Positions 1 through 9,853 of a DNA stretch of 64,000 bases are shown here, one piece after another (the stretch's first letter is position 1; each line of letters begins with the position of its first letter). The position numbers and the translations under genes were made by a program. Origin of the DNA: Gammaproteobacteria bacterium Ga0077554 (GTDB lineage: Bacteria; Pseudomonadota; Gammaproteobacteria; Ga0077554; Ga007554); NCBI GenBank assembly GCA_001464585.1, contig LNFF01000031.1, positions 1,094-65,093 on the forward strand. Direction: 5' to 3'. The notes under the pieces were generated by a model. It saw nothing but the letters and a program-made list of their open reading frames with translations, was not told the origin of the DNA and ran no database searches.

Positions 1-565
1 TGGCCGCGCTCCACGAGAGACGTCATTTGACCCCGTCCTCCCAGAGCGCGCGGAATTTTTTTTGCAGGATCAGCAACGCGGCCGCCTCCGCCAATACACG
101 CTCTTTGCGGACCAACTCACGCTTGAGTTGGTCGTTCTCATCTTTCAATACGCGAATTTCACGGCTACCTGGTGCGACCTTGATGCCTGCACAAAAAGCC
201 GTTTTCCAGCTGATTAAATGATGGGCAAATAAGCCGTTTTCACGGCACCACGCCTGCAAGGACTCCCCCGATAAGCCGTGCGTTTCATGCAACGCCACCA
301 ACTGCTGCTCAGCTGTCCAATCCTGCGGGCGTTTCTCCTTTGCCGCCGACACGCTGACCGTGCCCGCTTCTTTTCTTTTCATCCAATTTTTTACCGTATG
401 ACAATTGACGTTCAACTCTTCCGCGACCGACTTCACAGTCCGCTTGCCACGCGAATATACCTTGAATAACGCCTGCTCGATAAATGCTTCTGAATAACGT
501 ATTACCATTGTCGCCTCCACACCTCAAAGTTAAATTTTGAGGCGACAACTAGCCTGACACTGGGG
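1..565 (-). mobile_element. End of an IS3-family insertion sequence; the rest lies off the left edge of the window
   Basis: It contains the OrfA gene at 23-520. An A AAA AAA slippery run (T-run at 56-63 on the plus strand) sits near the OrfA 3' end, and the -1 frame stays open to the window edge, as in IS3 OrfAB fusions. The host GGDEF reading frame degenerates at about 555-575, which marks the IS terminus; the exact boundary is not resolved. Confidence 0.7.
23..520 (-). CDS. IS3-family transposase OrfA (HTH DNA-binding, coiled-coil C-terminus)
   Basis: The translation ...RGKRTVKSVAEELNVNCHTVKNWMKRK...KDENDQLKRELVRKERVLAEAAALLILQKKF is typical of IS3/IS911-type OrfA. The likely ATG start is at 508, preceded by a GGAGG RBS. 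Confidence 0.8.
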   Translation of the reverse strand: MEATMVIRYSEAFIEQALFKVYSRGKRTVKSVAEELNVNCHTVKNWMKRKEAGTVSVSAAKEKRPQDWTAEQQLVALHETHGLSGESLQAWCRENGLFAHHLISWKTAFCAGIKVAPGSREIRVLKDENDQLKRELVRKERVLAEAAALLILQKKFRALWEDGVK

Positions 566-1662
566 GCACGCGCCACCAACCGTTCCAGTTCCTGCTGAAA
601 GTAACGGCGGTTAAACAAACCCGTGAGGGAATCATGTTCGGCCTGATAGGCGAGCTGCAGCTCAAAGGCTTTTTGTTTGGTAATGTCACGTGCCGTGCCA
701 CTGCTGCGCACCACTTTTCCATCTGCATCCACATAGGGTTTCGCATTGAAACTCAAGTTGTGCGCCTTACCATTACGGTCAACATGCACAGTCTCATAAT
801 GCAAAAGCTCCTTGCCATTCAGCAGCTCTGCAAAAGCGCCAGCATCCTGCGCCACATGCTTGGGAGATTGCACTTCGCTCATCAGGCAGCCGATCATTTC
901 TTCAGGATCATAACCATAAATATCACGTGCCGCCTTGTTCAGATAGATCCAGCGCCCCTGCGTATCCACGCTCCATACCAGATCATGCGCTGTCTCCACT
1001 AGATCACGGTAGCGTGCCTCGGCATTCATTAATTTTTCTGCAGCCGCTTTACGTTCAGATATATCTGACACCAGGCAGGTATACATACACCTGGCATCCA
1101 GTTGCATCATGCTCACCCGCACTGACATGGCAATAACACAACCGTTAGCGTGGATACCCGCTACTTCCTGCTTACCTCGAGTCACATTGAGCACTTGTTG
1201 CATTGTAATAATTGATGGGAGTAATCGGCTGAGAGGCTGGCCATACGCCTCTTGCGCCGTATACCCAAACAACTGCTCAGCGGCAGGATTAAATGTATCA
1301 ATGCACCCCTGATCATTCACTACGATAATGCCTTCGGCGACCGTCTCAATAATCGCGCGCACATGTGAATTCTGGTCACCCAAATGCTGAAAAACGGTGC
1401 TTAGGGTGTGCCGCAGATAGCCCACGTCATCCTGCCCTTGCGGGCTTGATTGAACTGGCGCAGGAGCAGTATTTAACCCGGCCTGTTCATTAGAAAATGC
1501 AGCGCTGTTAAGGCCAAGGGATTGCAGAGAAGGGGTTAATTTTTCGTGTGATCCTGCTTGCTCCGGCTCTCTGCCACGCACCGCACTGTGCACAACCAAA
1601 ACCATCAGAACCACCGCCAATAACCCCGGCACAGCCCACATCAACAACGACTCAGGCGACAT
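560..1662 (-). pseudogene. Membrane-anchored PAS-PAS-GGDEF diguanylate cyclase gene, truncated by the IS3 insertion
   Basis: There is an N-terminal TM helix and two PAS-like modules (…VAEGIIVVNDQGCIDTFNPAAEQLFGY…, …LVWSVDTQGRWIYLNKAARDIYGY…). The start of a GGDEF domain follows (HDSLTGLFNRRYFQQELERLVA), after which the frame runs into IS-derived sequence and stops. Confidence 0.7.
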
Positions 1663-1889
1663 AATTTAGTGCTCCCCAACACTGAATAGCTAACAACATT
1701 ATCAAGCGAACTTATAATCATGACAGAAACACAACTGCCCTGCCAAGAGGAATAATAAACTTATCGCGCTTGGCTCAGGCGTTGCATAACTATCTTAAAG
1801 ATCAAGATCGACAAAAAAATGACGCTTGTCAGCCCGTCAAAAAAGCAATGTTTACGTCCGCTGATCTCACATAGAGCCATCCACGTACA

Positions 1890-3762
1890 GTGCAAAATAA
1901 CAACGTATCCGCAAATAGCCTGGTATTTATCGTACTGACTGCGGGACTCATATTGTCGGTATTTGCATGGACTACTGCGACAAACGCTATTCAACGTGAA
2001 GAGCGCCTTGCCTTTCAGGGAGACGCCAACGACATCACGCGCCCACTGATCCGGCGGCTTGACACCTATACTGAAATACTCCATGGCGTACAAGGCCTGT
2101 TTACCGCCAGTCAAAATGTTGGCGCCGATGAATGGCAAAGTTACATTGACGCATTGCAGTTGCAAACACGTTACCCCGGCATACAGACCATGAGTTTTGC
2201 CCGGCGAGTGCCGCATGATCAAAAAGAAAAATACGAACAGCACATACGCCGTATCACCCCTCCCGGAAACCGCAATGATTACTTTGTTGTTGAATACGTA
2301 ACCCCCTACACCGGTAACGAAACCTCACGGGGATCCGAGCTGGGCCGCGAGCCAGTACGCCGTGCAGCACTTGAACAAGCACGTGATACCAACGAGGCCA
2401 GTTTCACAGGCCACATCACTTTAGCTCACGGCCCACCCAACAAGCCGCGCTCCGTCTCTTTTTACCAGTGTATCGCACCGTGTTGCCGCATAACACCGTA
2501 GAACAGCGTCGTGCTGCCTTAATGGGCTTTGTCAACATGGGATTTTACATCAATAGCTTAATGGATGGCACCGACTCCAGCGCCTCGCTCCAGGGCGTTG
2601 ATATTGAAATGTTCGACACGCCAGCCCGCTTGCAGGAAAACCAGGAGCCGCACACAGATATTGCCACCCTCCCCGACACCACGCTGCTATATGACAGGGA
2701 TAACAGCCGCGGCTCGCCGCAAAAACCCGGATCACATCACCACTTCCTGACCACGCTTGAATTTGCCGGACGCCACTGGGCACTCAGCTTTAAAAGCCTG
2801 CCGGGTTACCGAACCAGCGAAGAAAATACGCCACAGATTGTATTCGGTGTTGGCGTGGTCATTACGCTGCTACTGTCCGGCATGATATGGTCACTGGCAA
2901 GTTCACGTGCGCGCGGCTGGAATCTGGCACAGGAAATTACGGCAGAATTACGCAACAGTGAACAACATACCCGCGCCATTATCAGCAATGCACTAGACGG
3001 CATCAGAACCATAAATGAACAAGGCATGATCGCATCTCTCAATCCCGCTGCGGAACGTATGTTTGGCTATACTGAGGAAGGGATAATTGGGAAACACATT
3101 AATATATTAATACCTGATACCTGCCATAATCAGAAAAATAATTTTCTGATTATGCAGACTGACCTGAAAAAAATTGGCAATCATGGCCTGCCGGGGCAAC
3201 GTAAAGACGGCGCCACCTTCCCCCTCGAGTTTGGCATCAGTGAAACAACTCTGGATAACCAGCGCATGTTTATTGGCACGACCCATGATATCACCGAACG
3301 TAAAACGCCTGGAGAATGAATTTGTATCCACGGTGAGCCATGAATTAAGGACACCACTGACGTCTATTCGCGGGGCGTTAGGATTAATCGTGGGCGGCAT
3401 CGCGGGGGAAGTGCCGGAACAGGCGAAAAAACTCGCGGAGATCGCTTGCAATAACAGTGAGCGCCTGGTACGCCTGATTAATGATATTCTGGATATCGAG
3501 AAAATGGAATCCGGAAAAACGGTATTTGGCTGCCATCCGACAGAGATCATCCCGCTTGTGGAAGAGGCGCTGCAAGCTAACCAGGTGTATGCTGAACAAT
3601 ACCAGGTTCGTTTTGTATTAGAAAGCGGGATCCGGACTGGGACTCAGCATCACTAAAGCCATTATAGAAAACCATGGCGGAAAAATTGGCTTTGCAAGTC
3701 ACGCGGGACGAGGCGCCACATTTTATCTTGACATGCCGGAATGGCAAGCACTGGCCGGCTAA
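1890..3762 (+). pseudogene. CHASE-TM-PAS-HisKA-HATPase sensor histidine kinase, disrupted by two frameshifts and an internal deletion
   Basis: The domain order is readable across four frames. CHASE runs 1890 to about 2430 and continues in another frame as ...LRLFLPVYRTVLPHNTVEQRRAALMGFV. PAS ends ...HDITERK at an A4 run (3302-3305). HisKA (RLENEFVSTVSHELRTPL) is in a third frame. At about 3625-3630, ...QYQVRFVLES joins directly to the G2 box GSGLGLSITKAIIENHGGKIGF in a fourth frame, so the N and G1 boxes are missing. Confidence 0.65.
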
Positions 3763-3784
3763 AAAATACAGATCGGGGAAGAAT

Positions 3785-4177
3785 ATGACAACATCGGCAT
3801 TAAAACGTATTCTCTACGTAGAAGATGAGCCAGATATTCAAGCGGTGGCGAAAATCGCTCTGGAGGTTATCGGTGGCTTTACTGTAGTGATGTGCAACTC
3901 TGGAAAACAGGCCGTTGAAACTGCGCCGGACTTTAGTGCTGACCTGATACTGATGGATATCATGATGCCAGATATGGATGGCCCGAGCACCCTCAAAGCA
4001 TTACGCCACATTCCGCAAACTGCTACCACACCGGTGATCTTTATGACCGCCAAAGTTCAACCACACGAAATAAAAGAGTACATAGCTATGGGTGCGATTG
4101 GTGTTATCGCCAAGCCTTTTGACCCTATGATATTATCTCAAACCATCATTACGCTATGGAAAAAAGCCCATGAATAA
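3785..4177 (+). CDS. Single-domain CheY-like response regulator receiver
   Basis: ILYVEDEPDIQ...LILMDIMMPDMDG...IFMTAK... shows the receiver motifs. The start was moved to ATG 3785, because the longer ORF from 3674 overlaps the kinase remnant. Confidence 0.85.
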   Translation: MTTSALKRILYVEDEPDIQAVAKIALEVIGGFTVVMCNSGKQAVETAPDFSADLILMDIMMPDMDGPSTLKALRHIPQTATTPVIFMTAKVQPHEIKEYIAMGAIGVIAKPFDPMILSQTIITLWKKAHE

Positions 4178-5810
4178 TGAAAACGATCCCATCATTGCCC
4201 AATTACATGTATTACGCGCATCTTTTGCCGAACAACTACCGGAAAAAATCCAGGAAATCGAAACATGCCTGGGAGAGCTACGCGTGGGCGACGCCGCACC
4301 AGACGCGCTAAAAACCTTGCATTTTCTCATCCATAAATTGACAGGTTCCGGAGCCACCTTTGGTTTCAGCGCGCTTAGCACAGCCGCGCGCGCCCTGGAA
4401 AGCACCCTTATGGCCATTATTAATGGGAAAGCCAAGCTCACGGCAGTTCATCTTAAATCCCTCAGTGAAGATGCTGCGCTAGTTAAGCATGCTGCCATGT
4501 TTCCTGATGCGGAAAAGGATACAGCACATACCCCTATAATACCCATACAGAGCGGCCCCATTACCCAATCGATTTTTATGGTAGAAGATGATGAACTCTT
4601 CGCCAAAGACGTCGCATTGAAAATCGGCCCTTCCGGCTATACTGTGCGCTGCTTTTCAAACCTCACTTCTTTCAGGGAAGCCATCAAAGACGCTCAACCC
4701 GCTGCTATCATCATGGACATGATGCTGCCTGATGGCAACGGTGCGGATGCAATTGCTGACCTGCGTGAGACAAATAACCTGTCATTACCTGTGATATTTT
4801 TATCTTCCCATGGCGATTTATCTGTGCGCTTAAAAGCGGTGCAATGTGGCGGCTATGCTTATTTAACCAAACCGCTCGATATCAACGCCCTGGTCGATAC
4901 ACTCGATAAAGCCACACTGCAACAAAAAGTCAAGCCTTACCGTGTCTTGATAGTTGAGGATTCACAGGCGTTGGCGATGCTCTACTCCCACACCTTGAAA
5001 GCCGCAGGCATGATTACAGAAACCGTAATGGATCCCATGAACATCATGGCTACACTGGCATCATTCGTGCCAGAACTGATTCTCATGGATGTCTACATGC
5101 CGGGCTGCACCGGCCTGGAATTGGCCACCGTACTGCGCCAGCAAGAAAAATACGTCAGTGTTCCCATCGTATTTCTCTCTGGTGAAACCGATCTCAATAA
5201 ACAACTCGGCGCCATGCAGTTAGGAGGCGATGATTTTCTGGTGAAACCCATTCAACCTGATCATCTTGTTTTGGCCGTCAGTAACCGTGTCAGCCGTTAT
5301 CGCATATTGCGCTCGTTTATGAAACGTGACAGCCTCACGGGCCTGTACAATCACACTACCACCAAAGAATATCTCGAGTATGCAATGGCTGTTGCGAAAA
5401 GGCGGGGCACTTCGCTGGTTTTTGCCATGATTGATCTCGACCACTTTAAATCAGTCAACGATACTTATGGACACGCCACGGGTGACCGGGTAATTAAAAG
5501 CCTCACCCGTTTATTGCAGCAACGTCTGCGCAAAACAGATATTCTTGGCCGTTACGGTGGTGAAGAGTTTGCGGTAGTTCTGATCGATACGGACATGGAG
5601 AATGCCTGCAAAGTTATGGAAAATATCCGGAGAGATTTCTCTCAGATACGCCAGGAAGGTAATGGCGTTGGATTCACATCCACGTTCAGTTGCGGTATCT
5701 CTGCATTCCCCGCCTATGACAGCGCTGTTGCGCTCAATGACGCCGCTGACAAAGCCATGTATGACGCCAAACACAGGGGACGTAACCGGATTGCCATCGC
5801 TAACGGATAG
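4170..5810 (+). CDS. HPt-REC-REC-GGDEF response regulator and diguanylate cyclase
   Basis: There is an HPt motif (HFLIHKLTGSGATFG) and two receiver domains (IIMDMMLPDGNG; LILMDVYMPGCTG). The GGDEF domain has an intact GGEEF active site and an RxxD I-site (RKTD) five residues upstream. It overlaps the upstream REC gene by 8 nt. Confidence 0.9.
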   Translation: MNNENDPIIAQLHVLRASFAEQLPEKIQEIETCLGELRVGDAAPDALKTLHFLIHKLTGSGATFGFSALSTAARALESTLMAIINGKAKLTAVHLKSLSEDAALVKHAAMFPDAEKDTAHTPIIPIQSGPITQSIFMVEDDELFAKDVALKIGPSGYTVRCFSNLTSFREAIKDAQPAAIIMDMMLPDGNGADAIADLRETNNLSLPVIFLSSHGDLSVRLKAVQCGGYAYLTKPLDINALVDTLDKATLQQKVKPYRVLIVEDSQALAMLYSHTLKAAGMITETVMDPMNIMATLASFVPELILMDVYMPGCTGLELATVLRQQEKYVSVPIVFLSGETDLNKQLGAMQLGGDDFLVKPIQPDHLVLAVSNRVSRYRILRSFMKRDSLTGLYNHTTTKEYLEYAMAVAKRRGTSLVFAMIDLDHFKSVNDTYGHATGDRVIKSLTRLLQQRLRKTDILGRYGGEEFAVVLIDTDMENACKVMENIRRDFSQIRQEGNGVGFTSTFSCGISAFPAYDSAVALNDAADKAMYDAKHRGRNRIAIANG

Positions 5811-5820
5811 CAATATCACC

Positions 5821-5948
5821 CTTCGACAGGCTCAGGGCGGATGGGAATATTAAAAACCTTGTCATTCCGGGCACAGCGAGGAATCTTATGCGGGATCCCG
5901 CACTTAAAAACCGTTCGCGCTGAGCCTGTCGAAGCAGGAACGGTTTTT
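5821..5948. repeat. Composite palindromic repeat that also forms a bidirectional terminator
   Basis: A perfect 15-bp inverted repeat, cttcgacaggctcag (5821-5835) and ctgagcctgtcgaag (5921-5935), encloses a GTCAT-type unit gtcattccgggcacagcgaggaatc (5861-5885) and the palindrome gcgggatcccgc. The stem aaaaaccgttc/gaacggtttttt (5906-5916 and 5938-5948) carries A/T runs on both sides. Confidence 0.7.
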
Positions 5949-5962
5949 TATCATAACAGTAA

Positions 5963-6442
5963 CTATACCCTAGCGATTTCCTGGAATTGCTCACCACTCA
6001 GAGCATAAGCACGCGCAAACCCGCCGATGTAACGTATGTCTATCGGGTGCAGCCGAAACAACACGAAATCGCTAAATCCAAACAGCAACTCAGCCTCTGG
6101 CAAACGGTGAATATAAGCGGCGCGCGCTGCGGAAAATTCTTCACTGTCACGGCTTAATACACTCACCCGGCCTTGAATACTGGCACGCACCAAGGTTTGC
6201 TGATCACCCTCGCCACTGTCAGGCTGGGTAATTACCAACGACGCGCGCGCATCCTGCAACAGATTGCGGGTATGCGCGGCGAGACGGCTGAGGTGCAACA
6301 AGAAACCGCCAAAATCAGACTCAGGCACATAGGCCACCATGGATGCCAACGGCCCCTCTTCAGTAAGCGTAGCCAGCGCCGCCCAGCGCTGACTAAGAAT
6401 CAGATGCAGCAAATGATGCTTTTCTTCATCGGGGAATGTCAC
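5963..6442 (-). CDS. Pyridoxamine 5'-phosphate oxidase-like (HugZ-type) FMN-binding split-barrel protein
   Basis: This 159-aa ORF resembles the PNPOx-like family (…WAALATLTEEGPLASMVAYV…LVRASIQGRV…). Its GTG start overlaps the upstream stop codon (GTGA). Confidence 0.5.
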   Translation of the reverse strand: MTFPDEEKHHLLHLILSQRWAALATLTEEGPLASMVAYVPESDFGGFLLHLSRLAAHTRNLLQDARASLVITQPDSGEGDQQTLVRASIQGRVSVLSRDSEEFSAARAAYIHRLPEAELLFGFSDFVLFRLHPIDIRYIGGFARAYALSGEQFQEIARV

Positions 6443-7212
6443 GGCGCCACAATAAATGTCACGCTGTCTACACCAGTATTGCCATTAGCAGGATCATAAG
6501 CATATACCATCGCTTGATACGTACCCGCCTGTTTCACATCCCATGTAGCTGCAAACTGGCTAATCGCTCCGGCATATTCCAAAGCAAGCTCGCCCGCCGC
6601 TTCGCCATTACGCTTCAACAACGCTTTGACTTCATACTTGCCCGGATCCCATTGCCCGCCCGGCTCCAGCGTACAACCACACATCATGGTGACATTGGCG
6701 CGCAGCTTCATGGTTTGCGGCGTACCACTAAGTTTAATATGCACGGGAGGATCCATGACATCCACTACAAATCCGGGCATTTGCAACAGGAAACCATCAC
6801 CTGCATTAATGTGTTTGCCGGGCACAATCCATTGCGTGGCAGAAACCTTGTTGGCCGATTGGCGTTGCGCAAGTGGGCCATAGGCAGACACTTCTATCAA
6901 ACGTGGCTCGGTCAAATCAAGGGTTGCCACAAACTTGGCGGCACCCTCTGTAGACAGGCTATCACTGCGTTTTTTATCCATGGCCATAATCCGCCTGGTA
7001 TCACCGGTATCGCCCTTGGTGACTCCTTTAGCCAGCAATTCACCGCTATCAACATCACGGATGGTAATGAGTGTCCCGCCTATTGAGGTACCAATAAACT
7101 TGGCATCTTTACTGATAACACGCACTACAATTTCTGTAGGCGCCGCCTGAACCACCGTAGCCATTAATATGGCAAACGTCAGCCCTGCCATGGGAATCAA
7201 AAGTTTTTTCAT
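6439..7212 (-). CDS. Secreted hypothetical protein (signal peptide, beta-rich, no family recognised)
   Basis: The 257-aa ORF has a clear Sec signal (MKKLLIPMAGLTFAILMATVVQA|AP). It appears translationally coupled to the downstream gene. Confidence 0.6.
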   Translation of the reverse strand: MKKLLIPMAGLTFAILMATVVQAAPTEIVVRVISKDAKFIGTSIGGTLITIRDVDSGELLAKGVTKGDTGDTRRIMAMDKKRSDSLSTEGAAKFVATLDLTEPRLIEVSAYGPLAQRQSANKVSATQWIVPGKHINAGDGFLLQMPGFVVDVMDPPVHIKLSGTPQTMKLRANVTMMCGCTLEPGGQWDPGKYEVKALLKRNGEAAGELALEYAGAISQFAATWDVKQAGTYQAMVYAYDPANGNTGVDSVTFIVAP

Positions 7213-7240
7213 GGTATATCCTTATAAGGTGGCCAATTTT

Positions 7241-8080
7241 TTAAACTGGCAGCCGCACACTGGCGGGCAACTCTAACTCCAGGGAGATGGGCAGATGATC
7301 AGAGATGGCGTGATTAAGAACTCGTACATTACTGATCTTGAGTGAAGGAGTTACCAAAATATGGTCAATATTGCGGAATGGCCGCCAACTTGGAAACGTA
7401 TGTAAAGTTTCCAGGGGTTCGCACAAATGGGTACTCTCAAGGAGGAAATCCATTTCTTTGCTCTGCGGCTGACAATTCAGGTCACCCATTAACACCACAT
7501 GTTGATAAGCGTTAACAATGTCGCTAATAAATGCAAGTTGCTGCATACGCGCGCGCTTGCTCAGTGCCAGATGTGCCAGCAACACCACTAACGGATGCTC
7601 ACCCGTCCCGTAACGCGACATCATCAAGCCCCGCCCAGGAATTAACCCAGGCAGTTTGTGCTCCACGATTTCCTGTGGCTCAAGTTTGCTTAACAAGCCA
7701 TTGCTATGTTGGGCAAACTTCCCCAGATTGCGGTTGGTTTGGTGATACCAGAAAGGAAAGCGCCCGCGTCTTGCCAGATACTCGACCTGATTAATGAAAT
7801 AGCTACGCATACTCCCGCCATCGGCTTCTTGCAGGGCTACCACATCATAGTCACTCACCAGGTGTGCAATCCGGTCTAAATTCTCAAAACTGCGGGTATG
7901 GGGCAAAACATTTTTCCAGCCTTGCGTCACATAATGGTGGGCACGGGTGGAAGCGATCCCCGCTTGAATATTATAACTTAACAGGCGTAAATGCGTTCTG
8001 ATCGGGGCGAGATCATTTACACAGAGCGATGCCGCATAACGTGCTTGCGCGTCCTGGGGGGAAATAAAGGGTACATTCAT
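7241..8080 (-). CDS. Endonuclease/exonuclease/phosphatase (EEP) family protein
   Basis: EEP hallmarks are present: LLSYNIQ..., ...VVALQEADG..., ...VLMGDLN..., ...IDHILV..., and SDHLPISLELEL at the C-terminus. It overlaps the upstream gene by 4 nt. Confidence 0.8.
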   Translation of the reverse strand: MNVPFISPQDAQARYAASLCVNDLAPIRTHLRLLSYNIQAGIASTRAHHYVTQGWKNVLPHTRSFENLDRIAHLVSDYDVVALQEADGGSMRSYFINQVEYLARRGRFPFWYHQTNRNLGKFAQHSNGLLSKLEPQEIVEHKLPGLIPGRGLMMSRYGTGEHPLVVLLAHLALSKRARMQQLAFISDIVNAYQHVVLMGDLNCQPQSKEMDFLLESTHLCEPLETLHTFPSWRPFRNIDHILVTPSLKISNVRVLNHAISDHLPISLELELPASVRLPV

Positions 8081-9708
8081 AATTGAAAAATCATATTCCC
8101 AAGTTTTTCGGTCAATTTAAGATTTTCCCTATAATCAACCGGGCAGTCAATAATGCTGACAGTATTATCTGCCAACGCCATTTTTAAAATGGGCAACAAA
8201 TCCTCAGCCCGTTCTACACGATAACCCTTGGCGCCAAACGAATCAGCGTATTTGACGAAATCCGGATTGGTGAATTTAACATTGGTTTGCCGTCCATAGA
8301 TATTCATCTGCTTCCATTCGATCAGCCCATAACTACAGTCATTCCAGATTAAAATCACAATCGGCACATTCATGCGCATGGCCGTTTCAATCTCTTGTGA
8401 ATTCATCAAAAAACCCGCATCGCCGGTCACCGCCACAACTTTGCGTTGTGGATACGCCAGGCGCGCAGCAATAGCACCCGGTACCGCAATGCCCATGCTG
8501 GCAAAGCCGTTGGAGATAATGCAAGTATTGGGATGCTCACAACGGAACATGCGCGCCATCCACATTTTGTGCGCGCCCACATCACAGATCACAATATCTT
8601 CCAGACCCATTGCCGTGCGTAAATCCCAGATGATTTTTTGCGGCTTGATGGGGAAGCCCTGATCGGCACGGTGCAGATTCATTTCAGCGATCAAGGCATC
8701 GCGCAACGGACGCAAGCGGTGGCCTTGATGCGGTGTCGCCAGATCTGCAATGCGATCCAGGCTGTAGCGAAGATCACCCAGTACGCCCACCTCAACAACA
8801 TAGTGCGCATCCACTTCTGCGGGCGACATGTCGATGTGGATAATTTTACGGTCGCATGTAGGGTGCCACAAATAAGGATGGTATTCGACAAGATCATACC
8901 CTACGCAAATAATCACATCGGCCTGATCAAAACCAAAGTTGGCGTAATCATGTGCCTGCAATCCGGCACTGCCTAACGCCATCGGGTGCTTGAAGGGGAT
9001 TACACCTTTAGCCATGAAGGTGTTGGTCACCGGAATATTCAGGCGTTGCGCAAACGACGCCAGTTGTTGCCAGGCTTGCGCGCGAATCACGCCGTTACCT
9101 GCCAGAATAATTGGATTACGCGCACCGGAAATAATCTCGGCAGCGCGCATTACCCGTTCGGCAGAAGGCTCCGGGGGCGTGGGGTGCTGCGCACGCAACG
9201 GCAAATCATCAATCGGCATTTCGGCCAGATTTTCCGGGAATTCAATAAACGACGCGCCGGTCTTTTCCATCTGCGCCTGTTTGAATGCTTTGCGCACCAC
9301 TTCAGGAATAGTGTTGGGCGTCAGCAAACGCGTGGAATATTTGGTGATCGGCTCAAAAATATTTTGCAGGTCCAGCACCTGGTGCGATTCTTTGTGCAAG
9401 CGGTTGGTGCCCGCCTGCCCGGCAATCGCCACCACAGGCGCATGATCCATATTGGCGTCAGCAACGCCCGTGATCAGGTTAGTGGCGCCCGGCCCGAGGG
9501 TCGACAGGCACACCCCCGCGCGCCGTGTTAAGCGCCCATACACATCGGCCATAAACGCGGCGCCTTGCTCATGGCGCGTTGTCACAAATTTGATGGGGGA
9601 GTCCAGCAAGGCATCCATGACTGCCAGATTTTCTTCGCCAGGAATGCCGAAGATGTATTCCACCCCTTCATTTTCCAGGCACTTTACAAACAGTTCTGCC
9701 GCTTTCAT
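8077..9708 (-). CDS. Thiamine-diphosphate-dependent enzyme of the acetolactate synthase large-subunit (AlsS-like) family
   Basis: The 543-aa ORF has the N-terminal Pyr domain (GVEYIFGIPGEENL...RHEQGAAFMADVYGRLT...GPGATNL) and the C-terminal TPP-binding motif (GDAGFLMNSQEIETA). Its substrate cannot be assigned from sequence. Confidence 0.75.
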   Translation of the reverse strand: MKAAELFVKCLENEGVEYIFGIPGEENLAVMDALLDSPIKFVTTRHEQGAAFMADVYGRLTRRAGVCLSTLGPGATNLITGVADANMDHAPVVAIAGQAGTNRLHKESHQVLDLQNIFEPITKYSTRLLTPNTIPEVVRKAFKQAQMEKTGASFIEFPENLAEMPIDDLPLRAQHPTPPEPSAERVMRAAEIISGARNPIILAGNGVIRAQAWQQLASFAQRLNIPVTNTFMAKGVIPFKHPMALGSAGLQAHDYANFGFDQADVIICVGYDLVEYHPYLWHPTCDRKIIHIDMSPAEVDAHYVVEVGVLGDLRYSLDRIADLATPHQGHRLRPLRDALIAEMNLHRADQGFPIKPQKIIWDLRTAMGLEDIVICDVGAHKMWMARMFRCEHPNTCIISNGFASMGIAVPGAIAARLAYPQRKVVAVTGDAGFLMNSQEIETAMRMNVPIVILIWNDCSYGLIEWKQMNIYGRQTNVKFTNPDFVKYADSFGAKGYRVERAEDLLPILKMALADNTVSIIDCPVDYRENLKLTEKLGNMIFQL

Positions 9709-9853
9709 ATCCTGACCCTAGGTTGCATTATTGATTATTTTTGAGAAAGCCCCACAGGGTGTCTCTATAAAAAATAACGGCATGGTGCTCAATTTCTTGA
9801 CCGGAATGCACTATAAATTCACGAAATTCCCGCCAATAACTGCATTGATTTTG

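Noticed and set aside
3674-3784. Longer start for the single-domain response regulator
   Set aside because: The upstream 37 codons overlap, out of frame, the C-terminal remnant of the kinase pseudogene. Receiver homology begins right after ATG 3785.
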